This document shows, one piece after another, positions 54,201 to 64,000 of a stretch of 64,000 nt of DNA. The notes beneath the pieces were generated by a model. The model ran no database searches. It saw nothing but the letters and a program-made list of their open reading frames with translations, and was not told where the DNA came from. The position numbers and the translations under genes are program-made. The stretch is from Ophelia neglecta. Its lineage: Eukaryota. The DNA lies in the NCBI GenBank assembly GCA_965285935.1, contig OZ260665.1, forward strand, positions 61,628,001-61,692,000, in the 5' to 3' direction. Position 1 is the stretch's first letter; every line of letters starts with the position of its first letter.

Positions 54201-55640
54201 CGATGAAATTGGCTTTTCCCAGTTCACAAATATTATAAACGGGATATGTTATTCCCAGTTCACGGACTTATTAAAGTTACATGCCCGATTGACGGTAAAT
54301 TAAAAAAGCCGATCCCAGTGGTCGGATTTCCCCTAACCCCCCCCCCCCTGCTTTTAACTGTTATAGAAACCCATGGAAACATTCAAAACATCTCTGTGCA
54401 TGACACTTCCGTATGCCGAATAGGCCAGTTTTTTTCTATCATGCTTTACTTTAGGAGACCAGCTGCATGGTTTCAAGTCAAACTAAATTAATTTGTTTAA
54501 AACAAAAGTTTCAGAATAACTGTTATATTCGCGGTAAGGGACTGATTATATTAATACCTATTAAATACACAACAACATATAGCCCTCTAAATAATCGCGC
54601 GTACATTCAAAAGGTTTGAAATATGGTTTCATAGGTTATATCTTACTGCAACAGTATTAATGGTTACAATGAATGCAAATTTCGCACGGGTATGCATGAT
54701 CAGATCTGGGCATTTTATTAAGTACTTAGATTAAGTATTAAATTATAAGTATGTATTAATAAGAATAATAATACAAGCCATGGGCCTATAGCCATATACC
54801 TTTTTCCATCTCATCCGATTTCTCTTTAATATGCAAACACATTGAAAGAAAAATATGTCGTGTATAATAATTTGTTTAACATATTCTGACAAATTTTATC
54901 TATTACCCATTGCAAGTTATGTACTGTTACCAGTTTTTGTTTTGGTAACCCCGGCACCTTCTTTAATCTCAACAAATGACCTTAGGGACGGACCATAAGA
55001 TATCTAGGGGGGGGGGGGGCAGAAAAAAATGAAAATAAATTTTCTGGCTTTGATTTTCTCAAAAAATAAATAATCTGCCAGAAAAGTACATAAAAAAAAA
55101 TAATCTGCCTATTATTTTTAAGTAAAAAAATATATCATATAGAGGAAAAAAATAATCTGGCAGTTTCTGTGGTGAAAAGAAATTTTCTGTCAACTTTATT
55201 CATGAAAAAAAATTTCCTAACTAGAGCCAAGTTCTCTGGCCCCCCCCCCCCTAGATATCTAATGGTCCGTCCCTTAATTCTTCCTCCAGGTTATTATCAA
55301 GTGCGAGGGAGGAAAGATTGTTGACACTCGTTCGAGCCCTGGAAAATACGAAATTATCGCAATCTCCACTGCTAATGGCAACAAAATGACAGTTGTAAGT
55401 ACGACTGACGTTCCTTATATTGAATGAAAGCATTATTTAACAACCATAATCTATAATATACACGACTGTTTGTAGTTTCGGATCGTCGACAGGAAAAAAA
55501 ATTTATTTGCAAGATACCAACAAACTGACCAAATGTAGGCTACATGTTTGATAAACACTTATTGATCATATAATGTTTGTGTCGGACAGGTTCGGACTAC
55601 TGGCAGCGTTAAAACAACGGCTGTGTGGGAGAAATGCTGA
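51211..55640 (+). CDS. FABP: Divergent fatty-acid-binding protein / intracellular lipid-binding protein, 135 aa. Exons 51211-51280, 53498-53679, 55290-55394, 55590-55640
   Basis: MDSFIATWRRISSENEDEFHKALGIP matches the iLBP N-terminal signature (F.GxW...SENFDEF.KALG). Also ISQDGDTF and KYKLG. Classic 4-exon layout with intron phases 1,0,0, 408 nt. Confidence 0.88.
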
Positions 55641-56495
55641 AAGGCATATCATGTACCTGGTACAGCAATGAGAGATTTAAATGAGATGAAGGTGGAGGGG
55701 AGGAGGAGAGTCTGCACTACTTATTTACCCCCAGGTTCTGCAGTAGAGGCATCTTAAATTTGCCGGATTTTCCTTTTATTCATAATGAAGCCTTCTCCCC
55801 CATCCGAGTCACATCCGAGATTAATCATTTATCGTCGATCACTTGCTAGATTTTTTAAATTATAATGGTAATTATCTGTTCTACGTAGAATGCCAGGAGT
55901 AGAGGCCGACAGTGTTAAAACAGACACCTGAGTGTTTTTAGAAAAGCCCAGCTATGTCGAGTTGTCTCGTTCTCTTGTCAACAGATATACTGTGTTCTAC
56001 AGGAGAAACTGGGTACGCCCCTTACCCTTGTGACGACAATCGCTGAGAAATTAACTTTACACACACTATTCTGATTTTCAAACTGATGGTGGTACCCTTT
56101 GCACTTACAGCTTCGTGGAATTCTCCTTCCAGGCCTTTGATATTGCACTGTGGCATCTCATATCTGGACCGTTTGAAATGAACAGCTGGATTGCTGTAAT
56201 AAAAATAACACACTTTTATTTGCATGTTCTCGATAACAAAATTTTTGCCCTAATCTTATTGCTTGACCTAATGCCTGTGTTGTACAAAAAATATCTGCAA
56301 TTTTATTTAAATAGTTTGGAAGCTCTTATAGTTATGGGAAATCATTTTAACTAGGCTAGTCCACACAATATGTATATTAAATTGAATAAATATATGCTTA
56401 CCGTTTAACTTGAGGTCATCTACGATAGCTGCTCAAAGCAGGTAGCTTCTGTTTGGTGATAATCCACATTGTCTCCGGACTTCTTTCCCTTTTTT
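51449..56495 (-). pseudogene. Putative 3' exons of the same minus-strand gene: 56495-56402, 56193-56026, 52483-52251, 51874-51794, 51675-51449. Two in-frame TGA codons; hydrophobic GPI-signal-like C-terminus
   Basis: A phase-consistent GT-AG path exists. The last two exons read ...DFDLRILCHGCKCGRTDTNSDSTCYHPG...ACTACGCSNPDSTFSIKYMNVAFVFMFISFLYNIIYSLS*. The reading frame of the middle exons is ambiguous. Confidence 0.4.
54985..55273. mobile_element. PIF/Harbinger-type MITE, 289 bp, TTA target-site duplication
   Basis: TTA|GGGACGGACCATAAGATATCTAG(G)n ... (C)nTAGATATCTAATGGTCCGTCCC|TTA. Confidence 0.9.
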
Positions 56496-56662
56496 CTACA
56501 ACGCAATATCAATCAATCCTGCTGCCTTTCTCTTTGTTCGTCTGTGAAAATTCATGCAAGACAAGACACAAATCGCCATCTTTAGGACACAATCCTAACT
56601 ACTGTGTCAGTGTTGAATACGACATGCACAGTTAAAATCTGGGCTATATGAAATGCCTCACT

Positions 56663-57004
56663 CCCGGGGGGGGGGGGGGGGTACTCCCATTATTTTTGGG
56701 TGGGGGTGTGCGGCTGGTACCTGGCAAACCCTACCCTTGAATTAGGGACATTATGACTTCAAACTTGGCACTTTGTTATGACATACATGTAACCTCGTGG
56801 AATGGAATACAGGTTATTCACTGCCCTAGGCAATTCAGAATCATGCCCGACAGGATGAATTTATTTCTAGAAACCATACCCTTTATTAGGGAAGAAATCA
56901 ACAAAAAGGTACCCTTGGTTTAGGGAAGTTTTGAGGAAAAACGACCCTTCTCGGCCGCACATACCCAGTATGCCGGATAATGGGAGTACCCCCCCCCCCC
57001 CGGG
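56663..57004. mobile_element. MITE, 342 bp, with a perfect 8-bp TSD (GCCTCACT)
   Basis: GCCTCACT|CCC(G)nTACTCCCATTAT ... ATAATGGGAGTA(C)nGGG|GCCTCACT. Confidence 0.92.
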
Positions 57005-57565
57005 GCCTCACTAAAAGAGAGATGGATACTCTATCTAGATTGAAAGGCAAATGTTTGGTATAAATAGCCTATACCCAAAAGTCTATTAAAAAAAAATTCA
57101 GGGAAAAAAACACTTTCTAGAAACACAGCTATAGGCCTTATACAATCAATCTGAGTATGGCAAATATCCGATAGGAGCACAAGACCTGTTTTTAACGCTT
57201 AGAATTCTCGGTCCTGGTTTTAAGACACTGATTCCATCCCATGAAATTGATCCCTGAAAGGAACACGTCCCTAGACGATGAAATTAGTCCATGAACAAAA
57301 TAGCCCAGGGCGACACGCTTTGCAAACTGAAGAGATTGTGAAAATGCAACTGTATGTTAATATGTACTTTGTAAATTTGTCGTCGTTAGTTATCAACTGA
57401 CACGGGTTTTTTTTATGGAACTACGAGGGCTTTTTGGGGAACAACATGCACTTATCTCATGGAGCTCTCAGGGACTCAATGACCAACAGTGAAGCAAGAT
57501 AATAATTCTAAATGCATTATTGTCTTATTCATTTACTATACTAATAGATATATGACTAGCCTTAC

Positions 57566-60500
57566 TGTGGCAGTGGTAAAAGTCAGATAGCGGCTGCAGG
57601 ATCCTTCTTTGGAATTCTTTGATTTGCTCAGCAGCTTCTTTACTGCAATATTTCGTCACAGCTGTCTGGTAACATGTCTTGAAAGTGTCCATTGCACTTA
57701 AAAAAAAACCCAGAGAATTGAGATATGCGTCTAATGGGGAATAAGTTGTTAATATTAATTCTATCTATCCGGAGTAAGATATTTAAACCACAAGCCATCA
57801 GAGACACAGCTCTAAGGTTGGGGCCAACGACTCAGTAGGAGGAATAACAGTGGCTTAAGGTGAAGTGGTATTTTGGCATGCCAGAATTCACTGAAATTTT
57901 TTTTTTCACCTAAAAAGTTAGAATAATTTCATTCTAAATTTCAAGAAATTAACTTTGGTACTGCGTGGGGACATTTATCATAGGTAGCCGATTTTTGGTA
58001 ACTTTTGCCAGTCTCAGGGCTAATAACAGTGCTACAATAACAAGGGGGTTTCACCCATGACACCCCGTCCCCTCCCTCCTTTCAGATACATAAACATACA
58101 TACACACACCCTCACACGTCTAAATGAATCCCCCTTCATATCTGATGACAATTAGTATGCTTACGAGGATGTACATGTAGGATAGAGTTACATGATAGGT
58201 GCTGTGTACAAAATTTTAATGTTTTACAGTTCATGGTATACTGCATGTGTAAGTTTTTATAGTATGAGCCCAAATTTTAATAACAAAAATTATGCTAGTA
58301 GGAAGCTGAGTTAGGATAGCAATTTTTTCACAATACCTGCATAATTCAGATATGCCATTGTTCCAGGTCATCTCAGGGTTGATCAGAGTTGTTGTTTTAA
58401 TATTCTTCTCACAGGACATGCCCTGTTTGTTCAGCTGGTCTATTCCTGTACACCGGTGAGACAGGAATGCTACAATGAATGGAGAAATCATACAGATCTA
58501 TGATAGAAATTTGTGTGCTGGGGATTGTGATAGTTCATATTATTTCAGAGTATTCGCATTAAAGCTATGCTGAAACTCTGTTTTTTTTGGCCTGTATAGT
58601 ATACATTCAAGAGTTATGTCAGTGCTGGCATATATATATACTGTGCCCACATTATACCCAGCTGTGTTTTGACACCATTGCAAAATTAAATCATCTGTCT
58701 AAAGGAAGTTATATCCTGAAAATTGACTTGTGAGCAAGTTAAAATAATGCTAACTTCAGAAATTTATAAGGTTATTGACAAAATTATAGAAACTATCTAT
58801 AACAAGCATCTCGAACTAAAGGCTGTAAAATATAATAAATGCAAACATAAAAAAATATAAATGGATTACGCTTGGAATCATAAATTCATTAACATTTTGG
58901 GGTAAGTTATCCAAGCAGGTGGTCAATACACCTTGTCCAGTACTTTACATGTCTTTGTAAATGCCAATTCACCAAGTTCTACAAATAATTTTATATAAGA
59001 TAGGTTCATAAATCATTTGCAAAATACCTTGTACAATCATGTTCTTAAGATTTAGTTCAGTATTCTTGTACTTCCTCCATTAGATTACGGCATACTAGCT
59101 GGGGGCCATAACCCAGGTAGGCTTGTAACACTCAAAAGAGGTATCACTCTTAGCAACTATATTTCCCATTCAGAATCTCTACTTAAAACTCCTAAAATCT
59201 CTACTTAAAACTTAAAAAGTTCAAAGCATCTTTATACAGTCTCCTGAATTTCTACTACTGAAATTCTACTATAAATAGAATGCTGAATATTTTTAAAGTA
59301 TATCTACTTGTTATAATGTTGATATGCACTCCTATAAAACAAGTGAAGGATCTAATGTTGATATGCACTCCTATAACACAAGTGAAGGATCTAATGTTGA
59401 TATGCACTCCTATAACACAAGTGAAGGATCTAAGTATTACCCACCAAAAGGAAGTCACCACATTGTTGAAAAATCCATTAGTATATAGGTCTAGTATAAT
59501 TAACATTTCTAACAAGGTGCAGACTCACAGTTTACAAGGGGTCACCTTAACATTAAAAATTGTCAAATTAATTAGTAAGAGGCAAACTCTTGTTAATTGC
59601 TTTGGTTGTTAATAAAATACCAATAACATGATTTTGCAGGGCGTAACGCCATATCAATGGCCCTACATAAATTCTTAGCAGCCCGCCATAGTCATAGTGC
59701 CCGAGGGTTAGCCGAGGGTGCTATGACTATGAAGGGCTGCTAATAATTTATGGAGGGACACTGAAGTAGCGTAACGCCTGTCAAAATCATGTTATTACTA
59801 TTATTATCACTTTCTTAAATGACGTTCCGGTGTATATGTGAAAGAAATATAGCCCCAGCTTTGTGTATCCTATCGAGTAGTATGTGTATTTTATAGCAGT
59901 GATCGGCACCAGAAGACTACTAGGTAATACTACTTATGCTTGTGATATGTATATGCTGACTTTTGTCCAGCTAATATTTATCCAATTTTCTCGAACAAAA
60001 ATATGATCAAAATAAACATTTTATACACATTTTTGTAGTCAAACCTTGGAATTTAGCTATTTCCTGGGAATATATAATAATAAATGCATTAAAAGGTTAA
60101 TCATTAAAATCGTACCGCCCGGCTTTACGTCCCTTATGAACATGTTTATAAGACTGCCAGTCCGCTAATCATTAGCGAACTGCCTCTCATTAGCGGACTG
60201 GCTCTGACTCACCAGTCAACGGTTACGCTGTTTTACCGCCCATGTAAAATAGAGCTATCCTACAGGTAATGCCCTCGTAAGTGATAAAAATAGCCTGGTC
60301 TGCTCCCTTATAGTTACACAGTTAACTGTTCATTTATTTAAATAGTTTTCATAAATTATTCTTATTTTTTGTAACAATAGCTGCTCTTACAGCTTGGTTC
60401 ATTTATTGCATTATGTGAACTTATTATTTAGTTGCATACTGCACCTTGATTGTTTCGATATGCTTATTAATATGCATTTAAACAATATTGTTGCAATATA

Positions 60501-63500
60501 ATATTAAAATAAAACAAAATACTGGGTATGTATATCGAAATAAAGGCTTGCCTGCCGAAAATTCAATAAAACATACCAGGTGTTTTGTTTTATTAATATG
60601 TTTATTGATATCTATTTGATCTAGTTTTGAGTTACTAGCTCCAGCATCCATTCTTTGTTTTTATAGGAGGGGCCCTACATCGCAGGGACCACTGTATATC
60701 GTATAGTCCAAAAAATTGTTCCTCTTTATTATTGCCAGTAAGGGGAGTGGGGTAGGATACACTTATTTTTCTCATATTGTTCATTGTCTTCCACCAATAT
60801 AATGTCAGCTAACTGAGGTTTTCTCGTTTAGTCCAAGCATGCTTACGTTATTAAATTATATTATATACTCATATTTCAGTATCAGTTCATGGTGTCTTTC
60901 ATGCTAGCAGCATTTTATTATATCTATAATTGATGTTGTACAGGGACAATTAAATTTTAGGAATCTGCTTGAATCTGTCATTTTCAAATTTGCTGATAAA
61001 TTTTCCACCAAATTATCCACGTATAATACATGTGGAATCCTCTAAAAGATTCCAGGCTTAAGTAGGGTCCATAAGCAACTGATGACTCTCATTAAGACTG
61101 CTCAAGTGTGTTAGTTCTAGGTACAGTTATATTACACAGTAATGGACAAAATGGCCTTGAGTGGTTGATTCCGCTCATCCCTAAAGGTAGAGACCAAGTG
61201 CATCTGCTTCTTACTGATTATGTATATTACAGATGCATGTGATCACTCTCAATAAAAGTGTGACTGGTTCACTTTACAAAGTTAACATTTTAATTGCACT
61301 ATCAAGGAGACTTACGTATTTTATTTGGTAATCAATTATCTAAATATATATCTACTATAAGAATTGAAGCATTATTGATGTAGTTTGCTGTTTCACAAAA
61401 TTCAAATATGAACAGCTATAAGTTTGTTTGTATCTAAGATACACTAACAGATTCAGATTCAGAAATCTATTTGTCCCAGTAAAACACTAAATAATAAAAT
61501 AAAGAACAATAGAATGATACAATAAATTAAATGAAAAGGAGACTCTTACTATGGATATAAATATAATACTGCTATTGAGAGGCATAATGAACTGAGAAAA
61601 AAAATATATAGACCGTTATTTTTGAAGCAGGTTAAATAATACAAAAAGGTCTAGGTTTAATTATTATTGATATCGAATGGTAAATTCATTAAGCTACTTA
61701 CTCTCATAATTTTCCTTGCACATAAATTCAAAGGCATTTAAAATTCCATCAAGCAATTTTTTCACTGCAGTATCACACAACTTGTAAATTTGACTGATGC
61801 ACTGCTTGTACTCATATGTACATATGCCTAAAAATATACATACATGTACTTATCATATTATTTATTTTTTGAATTAGTATTTGCAATTCATGAAAATTGA
61901 GGGTACTGGCTATTGGCTAAACACCACACGTACATTTCCATTTAGTTGCCATTTTGATTATGAAGTTGTATGGACCCTACTTAAGTACCAATAAAAGCCA
62001 CTGCAACTCATCAATTTGCAGGTTATTGGGAACTTGTTTGGTGTTACATTTGGGCTGTGGCGACGGTGGTGGGGCGTCTTCCAAAAATGAAGACCATTTA
62101 CCTACATGTATGTAAATTCATGTACATCTATTAGCAAACCTATATAACTCCCACAAAACCCTCTGGTTGCAAACCTAAGAGCCAGTTCTAGACCCCTGAC
62201 TCAGCGGGCACTGCCTGGGGCTCCTGCTCCAGAGCCATCATGCACCGGGAAACCACCTAGGGTTCCTGCTTCAGAACATTCATGCACCAGCTGGGGAACC
62301 AACACAATATCTCAGGCACTTACCCCAGAACCACAATTTTCCCCAAACTTTGGCAGCTAGACCTACTTAGTTTGATTAGGTCCAGGGGACTACATTTATG
62401 ATGACTTAGTACTATGTTTAACCTAACTCAAAATTCAGGGCAATGATCCTTAGTTGCAACACTCTAATTTGTACCTGCAGCGTTGATTTAATTGGTGAAA
62501 GGTTATCCTTCGAAAGGCATGGCCATCTTCAACAAAACTGATAATGGCATCACATTTGTTTATTTCTTCTTGCGAACAGCAATGAACCATGGTGGGCAAT
62601 ATGAACACTGAAAAGAGGAAAATTAATAAATATATATAGGGAACAAAGCAGAAACTTTTAAAATGCTCTGCAAATTCAAATATCATCGCATGTACCTCAA
62701 GTTCCCAATTAGTAAAAAAAATACATTAGGCCCCTGTTCATTTGAAAAATCAAGTAGCTTATTATCTTTATTTTTTCAAACTTAACATAAAAATTAAACT
62801 AAAAAATGAAGCAGTAAAAATTGCCCACATAATTGCATCCAATAATTGTTTAACCACATATACATATATTATCTTTCAATTGCATTACAAATAGGTCTCT
62901 TCATTCTGTCAACAAGCTGTGAGGAAAACCGAACATAAGATTGTCCTAAAATTTGGCATGCATATTCCTTGGCAATTACAACAATAACTTTTTCAATCTA
63001 AGAAAAGTCCATGTCGTTTTAGGACAATTTGTGCTTTAGTGAATTTTTGCAAGATTTCTATACGTGCTTAAAGCTGGGACTAGTATATCATACTAGTCCC
63101 AGCTATAAGTATCGAGTTCAATTCATGCATATTGGCATAAACTTGAATATTTGGCATGTCTGACTGGTATATTTATTTCTTAAGGTCATTGCCCGAAATC
63201 AAGGCCACAATTTTGCCAAAATGGGATGCGCAATAGTGATGCAGATTGTTTTAATAATAAAGTTACCCAAACAACATTGAGGTACAATATCAAGAGGGTT
63301 TTCACAACTTAATTGTTCTTATATCAAGGAATGTGTTATCTGAATTTTCACACCACATACTGTATTAATACGGGGGTTTGAATTTGAACAACATAAGAGC
63401 AATATCCTGGCAGCTGGTTAATTATTCTGGGAATATTAGTGACTCCATATATAAGTTGAGACAATTTTTTACAAGCCTCAAGAAATACTCATCAATATCA

Positions 63501-63990
63501 CAGTTTTTCTAATGAAATCGCCACTTTAAAATGGAAAACTGAGCTCTCCATCAGAGAAACTAGTGTCAACAGCAAGCTATGCTGCTTGCAACTTCCAATT
63601 TAATATTGGTGTAAATTAAGCATATTTTTTTCTATCTTTTGTAATTTAATTGTCTTAAAAGTTTATCTTGGAATTAAACTTCAAAATAGTCAATTCGGAT
63701 GAACCACTATAACTTTGCAAGCTGCAGTTTTCTTACCTTCCACGGCTGCGGCAATTGTACCAGTGGCTAATTGGGTCAGGCATGCCCTGAAAAAATGGTT
63801 CATGCATACGCCCTATTCTCTAGCGATATTGAAAAAAAAGGTTCAACTTTCAAAAAAATGAAAAAGAATACAACTTTTGCTATAGATCTAACCCCCACAG
63901 TTTGAGCAAATATAATGGTCGCGACTATATTACAGTCTTCCTCTTCTGCCGTTGGTGTGGGTTGTATTACAAACTGGGGAACGACAACAT
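57566..63990 (-). CDS. 5' part of an uncharacterised secreted Cys-rich helical-repeat protein, possibly frameshifted. Exons (minus): 63990-63971 (tentative start), 63786-63737, 62607-62475, 61827-61702, 58469-58337, 57696-57566
   Basis: Strong splice sites. Reads MLSFPSLACLTQLATGTIAAAVEVFILPTMVHCCSQEEINKC...LNQRCR / YEYKQCISQIYKLCDTAVKKLLDGILNAFEFMCKENYE / TFLSHRC...ELCS / AMDTFKTCYQTAVTKYCSKEAAEQ...YHCH. All phases match except at the start of exon 61827-61702, which is 1 nt off. Confidence 0.7.
59314..59432. repeat. 39-bp tandem repeat, 3 copies
   Basis: TAATGTTGATATGCACTCCTATAACACAAGTGAAGGATC, three copies. Confidence 0.9.
59622..60287. mobile_element. Crypton-like non-autonomous element with a terminal hairpin of about 175 bp
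   Basis: 59622-59796 is an imperfect palindrome (AATAACATGATTTTG...GCCCGAGGGTTAGCCGAGGG...CAAAATCATGTTATT). It is followed by an inverted pair, TTATCACTT at about 59804 and AAGTGATAA at about 60279. Confidence 0.5.
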
Positions 63991-64000
63991 GGTGGACAAA

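Noticed and set aside
59255-59612. ORFs with 13-aa repeats
   Set aside because: They are products of the 39-bp tandem repeat.

Overview
AT-rich, intron-rich eukaryotic DNA from an invertebrate animal, probably a mollusc or other lophotrochozoan (inferred from TACATGTA/TAGGCCTA-rich spacers and the SINE/MITE types). Most ORF-track entries are spurious, so I rebuilt genes by hand from splice sites and reading-frame phase. Gene content in order: (1) the 3' part of a rhomboid intramembrane serine protease (+, 1-16692, 6 exons); (2) a 5-exon SLC16/MCT-family MFS transporter (-, 19964-22990) with a degraded partial copy just upstream; (3) a 2-exon, 109-aa microprotein with an MGCGGS acylation motif and an AKAP-like amphipathic helix (+, 26640-27079); (4) a 14-exon SLC23/NAT nucleobase transporter (+, 38266-47713) with a probable GC-AG intron; (5) a divergent 4-exon FABP/iLBP (+, 51211-55640); (6) a Cys-rich secreted or GPI-type multi-exon gene or pseudogene on the minus strand (about 51449-63990) whose 3' exons appear interleaved with the FABP gene. 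The window also holds several MITEs and non-autonomous DNA transposons, SINE and LINE fragments, palindromic minisatellites, and a CRE-rich foldback. I saw no rRNA, tRNA or CRISPR array. All calls come from reading the sequence; no database searches were run.
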